A DNA stretch of 64,000 nt from Eledone cirrhosa (lineage: Eukaryota). The stretch's first letter is position 1. Each line of letters opens with the position of its first letter. The notes under the pieces were generated by a model. It saw only the letters and a program-made list of their open reading frames with translations. It had not been told where the DNA came from and did not search any database. Below, piece by piece: positions 39,201 to 54,200 of the stretch. The translations under genes were made by a program, and so were the position numbers. The DNA is taken from contig OZ024765.1 of the NCBI GenBank assembly GCA_964016885.1, forward strand, positions 5,766,001 through 5,830,000, read 5' to 3'.

Positions 39201-42200
39201 AAAAAATTCATCATTAAAATCATAAATATATGTCTACAGAATACAGATTATCAAAATGAAATTAAAAGCAAGTAAATCAGGGGCCACTAAACTTTACATA
39301 TTTAGTTTTATTTCTATCGTGAAAAATGTTGATCTTCAGATATTAGATTATGGCGGCTGTAATTGTCTTTGTGTTTACGTGTTTGTTTGAAATCCTATTT
39401 TAATGTTCGTCTCTCTTTAAACATCGTTTATAGTTTGTTAAAATTAATTTTAGATTATTCGTACCTCGTCTGTGTGGTTTATTTTGATGTAGCGTCCCTG
39501 TCTTGTTTATTTTTGGTTACATTTTAAATGTGAAATACAGGAACATCAGACATTAAAATGAAATGTTACGTAAAACACACACCTTGTGTTTATTCCAGGT
39601 ATTTAGATAGATGTCCAGATGTCCACTGACAACAAAATAATACAATCATCCAGTGAAACTTGGTAATAATCCAGGTTCGTTGCAGTCACCATTCACAGTA
39701 AACAATGGTTAGAAAGAATCAAAAACAAAAACAAAAGACGTATTCAGCAGTTAATGAAGTGAAAACAAAATAAAAACAACTTTACTGAATAAAATTCATT
39801 TCTTAATTTCAATAAGGTTTTTTGTTCTTTCTTTTATAAAAAAAATAAATTTTAATTAAAATATGTTGAATATAATATGGGACATTACTACAAAGTACAG
39901 CATTATTAGTTCAAATCTTACTTAATAAAAGAAACAAATACGCAGTTATTAGTATAAAACCTAACGGAAATCGAACCCTAAATCAGGATCTCCACCGTCT
40001 CTAGTGCTTACCATTAGGCCACAGGGACGGTTACAAAAATTTTTTGAAAATTAGTATTTACTTACCTATACTAGAAAAAACCGGAAGTGGAGAAAATTGA
40101 AAAACTTCTTCTTTTTCTTCCTCTGATTTTTGCCACGAACGATAACTCGTCTCTGACTTAAATCCAAATTTTGGATAAAAAAAAATCAGAGGAAGAAAAA
40201 GAAGATGTTTTTCAATTTTCTCCACTTCCGGTTTTTTCTAGTAATGAAAAAGTAGGTTTATAAATATCAATTTTTAAGTAAGTTTCTGTAACCGTCCCTT
40301 TAGCCTAGTGGTAAGTATAAGAGCCGGTGGAGGTCCAGGTCCGGGGTTCAATCACTGGCAGTGTGTCGTACTATATTTTTTATAGTATAAAACAAAAATA
40401 AAAAAGTAACTTTATAAATATTAATTTTCACACTGTTTTTATATCTGTCTCCGTTGCCTAATGGTAGGTATTAGAGACGGTGGAGAACCTGCTCTGGGTT
40501 TCGATTTCAGTCAAAGTCTATAGATAATAATTTCATTTTTTACTTTACTAGAGAAAAATATATAGTACAGATTCGGACTGAGATTGAACACCACATCAGT
40601 GTCTACATAGTCTCTAACACCTACCAAACAGATACAAGAACATAAGAAAAAATTAATTTTTATAAACCTACTTTTAATTTCCAAGCAAAATAGATGTGCT
40701 GGCGTTCATGGCTTTCTCATTGTTATTTCTACTATAATCGGGTCAATGTTTACATTTATTCTTCTGGGGCTTTCATAAAATATATTTTCACTTTCTTTCG
40801 GGTTCATTAGATCCTACAACCAGATGATCTACAGGGACCTTCTTCATGGTCATAGCTGATTATTAAATATATACGGGAGAGTGTGTGTGTGTGTGTGTGT
40901 GTATTAGATCTTGCCGTGATGTACTCAGCAATAATGGTTTTCAATTCCGTCGTCCCTCCATCCTTGGTGTGTATATAAATATATATGTGATTTTAACGTA
41001 CAACGGCGACAATATATAAATTTGTTTTGTTTGATAATAATTAGATAAAGCTAATTCTACAACCCCTGTTAAACATTGAAACCACGACTATAAAATATAG
41101 CAACAACCACGACATAACAGTCTCTGGTTAAATATGATTTAATGAAATTATTGCTAGAGATTGATCCCTAATATTTTATCTCACTCCTTAACCAGGGAGG
41201 AAAGGTCCTCAGACTCGGACAATGTTGATAAGGAGAGCAGAGTGTATCCTTATTTGTCACGTCTTTCCAGTTGTCACGGTATATAAAAGGCAGTAGTACT
41301 AGTCACTCCTGCGAAAGACGTTGTCAGTTAGCCTTCTGTAACGAGAGAAGAAGGTCGTGGCTTTTTTTTCCTCCCTATCACATAATTCATACATTTGTCA
41401 TCCTTTAGATATCAATATACAAGAGAAAGAAGAAAATTGAGAACTTCGATCTTTTAAAAGTAACATTTATTACATTAGAGCAAAATCTTGCATTAACAAT
41501 ATTTTGTGAGGCTAAAACATGGAATGGACAAAGAGATTATTAGAAGAAGGGCAATTGTCTCTATCTTAAACGTCAATACATTCTACAGAAAATCGAAATG
41601 AGAATAATTACAGAGATACTTTACAAAATGTTTCGCGATATGGTTCAAGTTATTTTGTAGTAATATGCAGCTATATTTATACATGTCTCTTATACCCCTC
41701 CACGAGGAATTGTGAATATGTATGAATATGATTTTAAAGATGGCTAAACATGTTGAAGAAAAAAAAGGAATTCAGATGATAGGAATAATAAAACATTCCT
41801 TTGCCTAGCTAAATGTCGAGAGGTCTAAAACACTAGTTGAATGATATGTGTGATACGACCTAGAATATTGTTTTGGGGCATGGTCAGACGACTTCAGAAA
41901 ATACGGAGAAGCTATTGAAGGAATCCAGAAAAGAACAAAACAGAAAACACCAGAATTATTAAGAAATCTGTCTTCTGAAGAAAGATGTTAAACTTTAGGG
42001 ATTGCAAATTTAGAGGAGATAAATCTAAGAGGGTGGGGGGTGGGGACATGATAGAAATATATATTTAAAGGACTAATATTTAAATAGTAGTACACTATTC
42101 CAATGTAAAGCTCTGAATAACTATATCTTTCGGGGAGATATATCAAACGAGTGACATGATAGAAATATTTAAAATAATGAAAAGACTACAATATACAGTA

Positions 42201-45200
42201 TTGCAGAAGTAAATGAAAATATAAGAAGACATCACCATTGAACTGCAGATGAAAGTCAGTACTCTTTACATTTATCCCAGGTATATAGAAAGCTATCCTG
42301 ATGTCCACTGATTGAAATATAAAACAATAAAGAAACACCACAATCCAGTAAACCTTAGTAATAATCCAATTAAGCCGCCATTTACAGTAGAAAATAGTAA
42401 GAAAAACAAAGTCACACTCAGAAGTTAATGCAGTGAAAACAATAAAAATATTATTAATAAATAATAATAATTTCATTTCATATTATCATTAAATTGTTTG
42501 TCTATTTTTATTGTAAACATAAAATATACTAATATATATATACATTCATACATATACATCGATACATTCTGTGAGTATGTCTTACTTAGGCAAAAGTCAA
42601 GTAATTTGCGGGGAGGAACCAATCCGTTAAATTGATCCCAGTACATGACTGGTACTATAAGTTATATGCTCCAAAATCATAAAATTATGGGTTAATCTAA
42701 ACACTGAGAACACAAAGGTGGGGTAAAATTATTTAAAAATTGAGGTTTTAATATTTTATCTTTTATTTACAAATTATATGTCTTGGTGTCATATTTAAGG
42801 ATATAATGTAGTTATTGGTGGAAATAATATAATATGTGATGAAGAGGTGTATATAACTGTGGATATAGAATTGTTTTAATCATTATTTTTAACGGACGAA
42901 AAAACTACATAATGACTTCTAGTCGGAGTTACGGGAAATTACGGCAAAGACCCTCCATGAAGGTTCAAATATTACACATTATCTATATATAGGAATCGGG
43001 CTAAACAATTTACGGGCACGTCGCTCTAAGTTGGAATATTTTTCACACACACAGACACGGGAGTTAGGTATGGCATATTTCAAATAAGAGAACATTATTA
43101 CAGACGGAGTCATTGTAGGTTGAAATCATTGTTAGACCGATCAGAAAGAAAATGGATATTTAATTCATGAAAAAACCTGAAGTGTGAAAGACAGAGTCGA
43201 CCCTTTCTAGTAACAACACTAAGAAACCCATGAACGCCACCACGTCCTAAATCTAACTCTGCGATCGTCATATCAAATCGAAATACTTCACCAACTGTGG
43301 AAGATGAAGGATTGAAGAACTATGATATATAGCGAAGAGGCTTGTCTCCAGAACATTTAGTAAGGTGTAAGCCAAGGGTTGCCAAATATTTTGGCGTCAT
43401 TTCCCACATTCACATGAAAAAATGTTCCACCAGCCACCTGTATAGTAAATATTTCAAAGTATACCAAATATGTTTCGTAAATGTTTGTTCCTGGTTTAAT
43501 TTTCCCAATTAGCTTCCTGATTTTTATTCAGGTTCTTTGCATATATTCCTTGAATAGGTTTTCGGGTAGCATACCTTCTTAAATCTCAAAATTCTATATC
43601 GGCCACCAAAGTTTCCAATGGCCCTCAATTTTCTGTTCAGCTGCTCATCGCCCACCCAACAGTTGAAACCGCCCAGTTGAGGAACCCCTGTGGGTAAGCT
43701 ACCTCGAATGATGCTATATATTAATCGAGAGGAGGAGGTGACTATTATAATTTTTATAAGTAATAATCTTTTAAAGACAAGAGGAAAAAATTCATCATTA
43801 AAATCATAAATATATGTCTACAGAATACAGATTATCAAAATGAAATTAAAAGCAAGTAAATCAGGGGCCACTAAACTTTACATATTTAGTTTTATTTCTA
43901 TCGTGAAAAATGTTGATCTTCAGATATTAGATTATGGCGGCTGTAATTGTCTTTGTGTTTACGTGTTTGTTTGAAATCCTATTTTAATGTTCGTCTCTCT
44001 TTAAACATCGTTTATAGTTTGTTAAAATTAATTTTAGATTATTCGTACCTCGTCTGTGTGGTTTATTTTGATGTAGCGTCCCTGTCTTGTTTATTTTTGG
44101 TTACATTTTAAATGTGAAATACAGGAACATCAGACATTAAAATGAAATGTTACGTAAAACACACACCTTGTGTTTATTCCAGGTATTTAGATAGATGTCC
44201 AGATGTCCACTGACAACAAAATAATACAATCATCCAGTGAAACTTGGTAATAATCCAGGTTCGTTGCAGTCACCATTCACAGTAAACAATGGTTAGAAAG
44301 AATCAAAAACAAAAACAAAAGACGTATTCAGCAGTTAATGAAGTGAAAACAAAATAAAAACAACTTTACTGAATAAAATTCATTTCTTAATTTCAATAAG
44401 GTTTTTTGTTCTTTCTTTTATAAAAAAAATAAATTTTAATTATAATATGGGACATTACTACAAAGTACAGCATTATTAGTTCAAATCTTACTTAATAAAA
44501 GAAACAAATACGCAGTTATTAGTATAAAACCTAACGGAAATCGAACCCTAAATCAGGATCTCCACCGTCTCTAGTGCTTACCATTAGGCCACAGGGACGG
44601 TTACAAAAATTTTTTGAAAATTAGTATTTACTTACCTATACTAGAAAAAACCGGAAGTGGAGAAAATTGAAAAACTTCTTCTTTTTCTTCCTCTGATTTT
44701 TGCCACGAACGATAACTCGTCTCTGACTTAAATCCAAATTTTGGATAAAAAAAAATCAGAGGAAGAAAAAGAAGATGTTTTTCAATTTTCTCCACTTCCG
44801 GTTTTTTCTAGTAATGAAAAAGTAGGTTTATAAATATCAATTTTTAAGTAAGTTTCTGTAACCGTCCCTTTAGCCTAGTGGTAAGTATAAGAGCCGGTGG
44901 AGGTCCAGGTCCGGGGTTCAATCACTGGCAGTGTGTCGTACTATATTTTTTATAGTATAAAACAAAAATAAAAAAGTAACTTTATAAATATTAATTTTCA
45001 CACTGTTTTTATATCTGTCTCCGTTGCCTAATGGTAGGTATTAGAGACGGTGGAGAACCTGCTCTGGGTTTCGATTTCAGTCAAAGTCTATAGATAATAA
45101 TTTCATTTTTTACTTTACTAGAGAAAAATATATAGTACAGATTCGGACTGAGATTGAACACCACATCAGTGTCTACATAGTCTCTAACACCTACCAAACA

Positions 45201-48200
45201 GATACAAGAACATAAGAAAAAATTAATATTTATAAACCTACTTTTAATTTCCAAGCAAAATAGATGTGCTGGCGTTCATGGCTTTCTCATTGTTATTTCT
45301 ACTATAATCGGGTCAATGTTTACATTTATTCTTCTGGGGCTTTCATAAAATATATTTTCACTTTCTTTCGGGTTCATTAGATCCTACAACCAGATGATCT
45401 ACAGGGACCTTCTTCATGGTCATAGCTGATTATTAAATATATACGGGAGAGTGTGTGTGTGTGTGTGTGTGTATTAGATCTTGCCGTGATGTACTCAGCA
45501 ATAATGGTTTTCAATTCCGTCGTCCCTCCATCCTTGGTGTGTATATAAATATATATGTGATTTTAACGTACAACGGCGACAATATATAAATTTGTTTTGT
45601 TTGATAATAATTAGATAAAGCTAATTCTACAACCCCTGTTAAACATTGAAACCACGACTATAAAATATAGCAACAACCACGACATAACAGTCTCTGGTTA
45701 AATATGATTTAATGAAATTATTGCTAGAGATTGATCCCTAATATTTTATCTCACTCCTTAACCAGGGAGGAAAGGTCCTCAGACTCGGACAATGTTGATA
45801 AGGAGAGCAGAGTGTATCCTTATTTGTCACGTCTTTCCAGTTGTCACGGTATATAAAAGGCAGTAGTACTAGTCACTCCTGCGAAAGACGTTGTCAGTTA
45901 GCCTTCTGTAACGAGAGAAGAAGGTCGTGGCTTTTTTTTCCTCCCTATCACATAATTCATACATTTGTCATCCTTTAGATATCAATATACAAGAGAAAGA
46001 AGAAAATTGAGAACTTCGATCTTTTAAAAGTAACATTTATTACATTAGAGCAAAATCTTGCATTAACAATATTTTGTGAGGCTAAAACATGGAATGGACA
46101 AAGAGATTATTAGAAGAAGGGCAATTGTCTCTATCTTAAACGTCAATACATTCTACAGAAAATCGAAATGAGAATAATTACAGAGATACTTTACAAAATG
46201 TTTCGCGATATGGTTCAAGTTATTTTGTAGTAATATGCAGCTATATTTATACATGTCTCTTATACCCCTCCACGAGGAATTGTGAATATGTATGAATATG
46301 ATTTTAAAGATGGCTAAACATGTTGAAGAAAAAAAAGGAATTCAGATGATAGGAATAATAAAACATTCCTTTGCCTAGCTAAATGTCGAGAGGTCTAAAA
46401 CACTAGTTGAATGATATGTGTGATACGACCTAGAATATTGTTTTGGGGCATGGTCAGACGACTTCAGAAAATACGGAGAAGCTATTGAAGGAATCCAGAA
46501 AAGAACAAAACAGAAAACACCAGAATTATTAAGAAATCTGTCTTCTGAAGAAAGATGTTAAACTTTAGGGATTGCAAATTTAGAGGAGATAAATCTAAGA
46601 GGGTGGGGGGGGGGGGACATGATAGAAATATATATTTAAAGGACTAATATTTAAATAGTAGTACACTATTCCAATGTAAAGCTCTGAATAACTATATCTT
46701 TCGGGGAGATATATCAAACGAGTGACATGATAGAAATATTTAAAATAATGAAAAGACTACAATATACAGTATTGCAGAAGTAAATGAAAATATAAGAAGA
46801 CATCACCATTGAACTGCAGATGAAAGTCAGTACTCTTTACATTTATCCCAGGTATATAGAAAGCTATCCTGATGTCCACTGATTGAAATATAAAACAATA
46901 AAGAAACACCACAATCCAGTAAACCTTAGTAATAATCCAATTAAGCCGCCATTTACAGTAGAAAATAGTAAGAAAAACAAAGTCACACTCAGAAGTTAAT
47001 GCAGTGAAAACAATAAAAATATTATTAATAAATAATAATAATTTCATTTCATATTATCATTAAATTGTTTGTCTATTTTTATTGTAAACATAAAATATAC
47101 TAATATATATATATACATCGATACATTCTGTGAGTATGTCTTACTTAGGCAAAAGTCAAGTATTTTGCGGGGAGGAACCAATCCGTTAAATTGATCCCAG
47201 TACATGACTGGTACTATAAGTTATATGCTCCCAAATCATAAAAATTATGGGTTAATCTAAACACTGAGAACACAAAGGTGGAGTAAAATTATTTAAAAAT
47301 TGAGGTTTTAATATTTTATCTTTTATTTACAAATTATATGTCTTGGTGTCATATTTAAGGATATAATGTAGTTATTGGTGGAAATAATATATGTGATGAA
47401 GAGGTGTATATAACTGTGGATATAGAATTGTTTTAATCATTATTTTTAACGGACGAAAAAACTACATAATGACTTCTAGTCGGAGTTACGGGAAATTACG
47501 GCAAAGACCCTCCATGAAGGTTCAAATATTACACATTATCTATATATAGGAATCAGGCTAAACAATTTACGGGCACGTCGCTCTAAGTTGGAATATTTTT
47601 CACACACACAGACACGGGAGTTAGGTATGACATATTTCAAATAAGAGAACATTATTACAGACGGAGTCATTGTAGGTTGAAATCATTGTTAGACCGATCA
47701 GAAAGAAAATGGATATTTAATTCATGAAAAAACCTGAAGTGTGAAAGACAGAGTCGACCCTTTCTAGTAACAACACTAAGAAACCGATGAACGCCACCAC
47801 GTCCTAAATCTAACTCTGCGATCGTCATATCAAATCGAAATACTTCACCAACTGTGGAAGATGAAGGATTGAAGAACTATGATATATAGCTAAGAGGCTT
47901 GTCTCCAGAACATTTAGTAAGGTGTAAGCCAAGGGTTGCCAAATATTTTGGCGTCATTTCCCACATTCACATGAAAAAATGTTCCACCAGCCACCTGTAT
48001 AGTAAATATTTCAAAGTATACCAAATATGTTTCGTAAATGTTTGTTCCTGGTTTAATTTTCCCAATTAGCTTCCTGATTTTTATTCAGGTTCTTTGCATA
48101 TATTCCTTGAATAGGTTTTCGGGTAGCATACCTTCTTAAATCTCAAAATTCTATATCGGCCACCAAAGTTTCCAATGGCCCTCAATTTTCTGTTCAGCTG

Positions 48201-51200
48201 CTCATCGCCCACCCAACAGTTGAAACCGCCCAGTTGAGGAACCCCTGTGGGTAAGCTACCTCGAATGATGCTATATATTAATCGAGAGGAGGAGGTGACT
48301 ATTATAATTTTTATAAGTAATAATCTTTTAAAGACAAGAGGAAAAAATTCATCATTAAAATCATAAATATATGTCTACAGAATACAGATTATCAAAATGA
48401 AATTAAAAGCAAGTAAATCAGGGGCCACTAAACTTTACATATTTAGTTTTATTTCTATCGTGAAAAATGTTGATCTTCAGATATTAGATTATGGCGGCTG
48501 TAATTGTCTTTGTGTTTACGTGTTTGTTTGAAATCCTATTTTAATGTTCGTCTCTCTTTAAACATCGTTTATAGTTTGTTAAAATTAATTTTAGATTATT
48601 CGTACCTCGTCTGTGTGGTTTATTTTGATGTAGCGTCCCTGTCTTGTTTATTTTTGGTTACATTTTAAATGTGAAATACAGGAACATCAGACATTAAAAT
48701 GAAATGTTACGTAAAACACACACCTTGTGTTTATTCCAGGTATTTAGATAGATGTCCAGATGTCCACTGACAACAAAATAATACAATCATCCAGTGAAAC
48801 TTGGTAATAATCCAGGTTCGTTGCAGTCACCATTCACAGTAAACAATGGTTAGAAAGAATCAAAAACAAAAACAAAAGACGTATTCAGCAGTTAATGAAG
48901 TGAAAACAAAATAAAAACAACTTTACTGAATAAAATTCATTTCTTAATTTCAATAAGGTTTTTTGTTCTTTCTTTTATAAAAAAAATAAATTTTAATTAA
49001 AATATGTTGAATATAATATGGGACATTACTACAAAGTACAGCATTATTAGTTCAAATCTTACTTAATAAAAGAAACAAATACGCAGTTATTAGTATAAAA
49101 CCTAACGGAAATCGAACCCTAAATCAGGATCTCCACCGTCTCTAGTGCTTACCATTAGGCCACAGGGACGGTTACAAAAATTTTTTGAAAATTAGTATTT
49201 ACTTACCTATACTAGAAAAAACCGGAAGTGGAGAAAATTGAAAAACTTCTTCTTTTTCTTCCTCTGATTTTTGCCACGAACGATAACTCGTCTCTGACTT
49301 AAATCCAAATTTTGGATAAAAAAAAATCAGAGGAAGAAAAAGAAGATGTTTTTCAATTTTCTCCACTTCCGGTTTTTTCTAGTAATGAAAAAGTAGGTTT
49401 ATAAATATCAATTTTTAAGTAAGTTTCTGTAACCGTCCCTTTAGCCTAGTGGTAAGTATAAGAGCCGGTGGAGGTCCAGGTCCGGGGTTCAATCACTGGC
49501 AGTGTGTCGTACTATATTTTTTATAGTATAAAACAAAAATAAAAAAGTAACTTTATAAATATTAATTTTCACACTGTTTTTATATCTGTCTCCGTTGCCT
49601 AATGGTAGGTATTAGAGACGGTGGAGAACCTGCTCTGGGTTTCGATTTCAGTCAAAGTCTATAGATAATAATTTCATTTTTTACTTTACTAGAGAAAAAT
49701 ATATAGTACAGATTCGGACTGAGATTGAACACCACATCAGTGTCTACATAGTCTCTAACACCTACCAAACAGATACAAGAACATAAGAAAAAATTAATAT
49801 TTATAAACCTACTTTTAATTTCCAAGCAAAATAGATGTGCTGGCGTTCATGGCTTTCTCATTGTTATTTCTACTATAATCGGGTCAATGTTTACATTTAT
49901 TCTTCTGGGGCTTTCATAAAATATATTTTCACTTTCTTTCGGGTTCATTAGATCCTACAACCAGATGATCTACAGGGACCTTCTTCATGGTCATAGCTGA
50001 TTATTAAATATATACGGGAGAGTGTGTGTGTGTGTGTGTGTGTATTAGATCTTGCCGTGATGTACTCAGCAATAATGGTTTTCAATTCCGTCGTCCCTCC
50101 ATCCTTGGTGTGTATATAAATATATATGTGATTTTAACGTACAACGGCGACAATATATAAATTTGTTTTGTTTGATAATAATTAGATAAAGCTAATTCTA
50201 CAACCCCTGTTAAACATTGAAACCACGACTATAAAATATAGCAACAACCACGACATAACAGTCTCTGGTTAAATATGATTTAATGAAATTATTGCTAGAG
50301 ATTGATCCCTAATATTTTATCTCACTCCTTAACCAGGGAGGAAAGGTCCTCAGACTCGGACAATGTTGATAAGGAGAGCAGAGTGTATCCTTATTTGTCA
50401 CGTCTTTCCAGTTGTCACGGTATATAAAAGGCAGTAGTACTAGTCACTCCTGCGAAAGACGTTGTCAGTTAGCCTTCTGTAACGAGAGAAGAAGGTCGTG
50501 GCTTTTTTTTCCTCCCTATCACATAATTCATACATTTGTCATCCTTTAGATATCAATATACAAGAGAAAGAAGAAAATTGAGAACTTCGATCTTTTAAAA
50601 GTAACATTTATTACATTAGAGCAAAATCTTGCATTAACAATATTTTGTGAGGCTAAAACATGGAATGGACAAAGAGATTATTAGAAGAAGGGCAATTGTC
50701 TCTATCTTAAACGTCAATACATTCTACAGAAAATCGAAATGAGAATAATTACAGAGATACTTTACAAAATGTTTCGCGATATGGTTCAAGTTATTTTGTA
50801 GTAATATGCAGCTATATTTATACATGTCTCTTATACCCCTCCACGAGGAATTGTGAATATGTATGAATATGATTTTAAAGATGGCTAAACATGTTGAAGA
50901 AAAAAAAGGAATTCAGATGATAGGAATAATAAAACATTCCTTTGCCTAGCTAAATGTCGAGAGGTCTAAAACACTAGTTGAATGATATGTGTGATACGAC
51001 CTAGAATATTGTTTTGGGGCATGGTCAGACGACTTCAGAAAATACGGAGAAGCTATTGAAGGAATCCAGAAAAGAACAAAACAGAAAACACCAGAATTAT
51101 TAAGAAATCTGTCTTCTGAAGAAAGATGTTAAACTTTAGGGATTGCAAATTTAGAGGAGATAAATCTAAGAGGGTGGGGGGGGGGGGGACACATGATAGA

Positions 51201-54200
51201 AATATATATTTAAAGGACTAATATTTAAATAGTAGTACACTATTCCAATGTAAAGCTCTGAATAACTATATCTTTCGGGGAGATATATCAAACGAGTGAC
51301 ATGATAGAAATATTTAAAATAATGAAAAGACTACAATATACAGTATTGCAGAAGTAAATGAAAATATAAGAAGACATCACCATTGAACTGCAGATGAAAG
51401 TCAGTACTCTTTACATTTATCCCAGGTATATAGAAAGCTATCCTGATGTCCACTGATTGAAATATAAAACAATAAAGAAACACCACAATCCAGTAAACCT
51501 TAGTAATAATCCAATTAAGCCGCCATTTACAGTAGAAAATAGTAAGAAAAACAAAGTCACACTCAGAAGTTAATGCAGTGAAAACAATAAAAATATTATT
51601 AATAAATAATAATAATTTCATTTCATATTATCATTAAATTGTTTGTCTATTTTTATTGTAAACATAAAATATACTAATATATATATACATTCATACATAT
51701 ACATCGATACATTCTGTGAGTATGTCTTACTTAGGCAAAAGTCAAGTAATTTGCGGGGAGGAACCAATCCGTTAAATTGATCCCAGTACATGACTGGTAC
51801 TATAAGTTATATGCTCCAAAATCATAAAATTATGGGTTAATCTAAACACTGAGAACACAAAGGTGGGGTAAAATTATTTAAAAATTGAGGTTTTAATATT
51901 TTATCTTTTATTTACAAATTATATGTCTTGGTGTCATATTTAAGGATATAATGTAGTTATTGGTGGAAATAATATAATATGTGATGAAGAGGTGTATATA
52001 ACTGTGGATATAGAATTGTTTTAATCATTATTTTTAACGGACGAAAAAACTACATAATGACTTCTAGTCGGAGTTACGGGAAATTACGGCAAAGACCCTC
52101 CATGAAGGTTCAAATATTACACATTATCTATATATAGGAATCGGGCTAAACAATTTACGGGCACGTCGCTCTAAGTTGGAATATTTTTCACACACACAGA
52201 CACGGGAGTTAGGTATGGCATATTTCAAATAAGAGAACATTATTACAGACGGAGTCATTGTAGGTTGAAATCATTGTTAGACCGATCAGAAAGAAAATGG
52301 ATATTTAATTCATGAAAAAACCTGAAGTGTGAAAGACAGAGTCGACCCTTTCTAGTAACAACACTAAGAAACCCATGAACGCCACCACGTCCTAAATCTA
52401 ACTCTGCGATCGTCATATCAAATCGAAATACTTCACCAACTGTGGAAGATGAAGGATTGAAGAACTATGATATATAGCGAAGAGGCTTGTCTCCAGAACA
52501 TTTAGTAAGGTGTAAGCCAAGGGTTGCCAAATATTTTGGCGTCATTTCCCACATTCACATGAAAAAATGTTCCACCAGCCACCTGTATAGTAAATATTTC
52601 AAAGTATACCAAATATGTTTCGTAAATGTTTGTTCCTGGTTTAATTTTCCCAATTAGCTTCCTGATTTTTATTCAGGTTCTTTGCATATATTCCTTGAAT
52701 AGGTTTTCGGGTAGCATACCTTCTTAAATCTCAAAATTCTATATCGGCCACCAAAGTTTCCAATGGCCCTCAATTTTCTGTTCAGCTGCTCATCGCCCAC
52801 CCAACAGTTGAAACCGCCCAGTTGAGGAACCCCTGTGGGTAAGCTACCTCGAATGATGCTATATATTAATCGAGAGGAGGAGGTGACTATTATAATTTTT
52901 ATAAGTAATAATCTTTTAAAGACAAGAGGAAAAAATTCATCATTAAAATCATAAATATATGTCTACAGAATACAGATTATCAAAATGAAATTAAAAGCAA
53001 GTAAATCAGGGGCCACTAAACTTTACATATTTAGTTTTATTTCTATCGTGAAAAATGTTGATCTTCAGATATTAGATTATGGCGGCTGTAATTGTCTTTG
53101 TGTTTACGTGTTTGTTTGAAATCCTATTTTAATGTTCGTCTCTCTTTAAACATCGTTTATAGTTTGTTAAAATTAATTTTAGATTATTCGTACCTCGTCT
53201 GTGTGGTTTATTTTGATGTAGCGTCCCTGTCTTGTTTATTTTTGGTTACATTTTAAATGTGAAATACAGGAACATCAGACATTAAAATGAAATGTTACGT
53301 AAAACACACACCTTGTGTTTATTCCAGGTATTTAGATAGATGTCCAGATGTCCACTGACAACAAAATAATACAATCATCCAGTGAAACTTGGTAATAATC
53401 CAGGTTCGTTGCAGTCACCATTCACAGTAAACAATGGTTAGAAAGAATCAAAAACAAAAACAAAAGACGTATTCAGCAGTTAATGAAGTGAAAACAAAAT
53501 AAAAACAACTTTACTGAATAAAATTCATTTCTTAATTTCAATAAGGTTTTTTGTTCTTTCTTTTATAAAAAAAATAAATTTTAATTAAAATATGTTGAAT
53601 ATAATATGGGACATTACTACAAAGTACAGCATTATTAGTTCAAATCTTACTTAATAAAAGAAACAAATACGCAGTTATTAGTATAAAACCTAACGGAAAT
53701 CGAACCCTAAATCAGGATCTCCACCGTCTCTAGTGCTTACCATTAGGCCACAGGGACGGTTACAAAAATTTTTTGAAAATTAGTATTTACTTACCTATAC
53801 TAGAAAAAACCGGAAGTGGAGAAAATTGAAAAACTTCTTCTTTTTCTTCCTCTGATTTTTGCCACGAACGATAACTCGTCTCTGACTTAAATCCAAATTT
53901 TGGATAAAAAAAAATCAGAGGAAGAAAAAGAAGATGTTTTTCAATTTTCTCCACTTCCGGTTTTTTCTAGTAATGAAAAAGTAGGTTTATAAATATCAAT
54001 TTTTAAGTAAGTTTCTGTAACCGTCCCTTTAGCCTAGTGGTAAGTATAAGAGCCGGTGGAGGTCCAGGTCCGGGGTTCAATCACTGGCAGTGTGTCGTAC
54101 TATATTTTTTATAGTATAAAACAAAAATAAAAAAGTAACTTTATAAATATTAATTTTCACACTGTTTTTATATCTGTCTCCGTTGCCTAATGGTAGGTAT

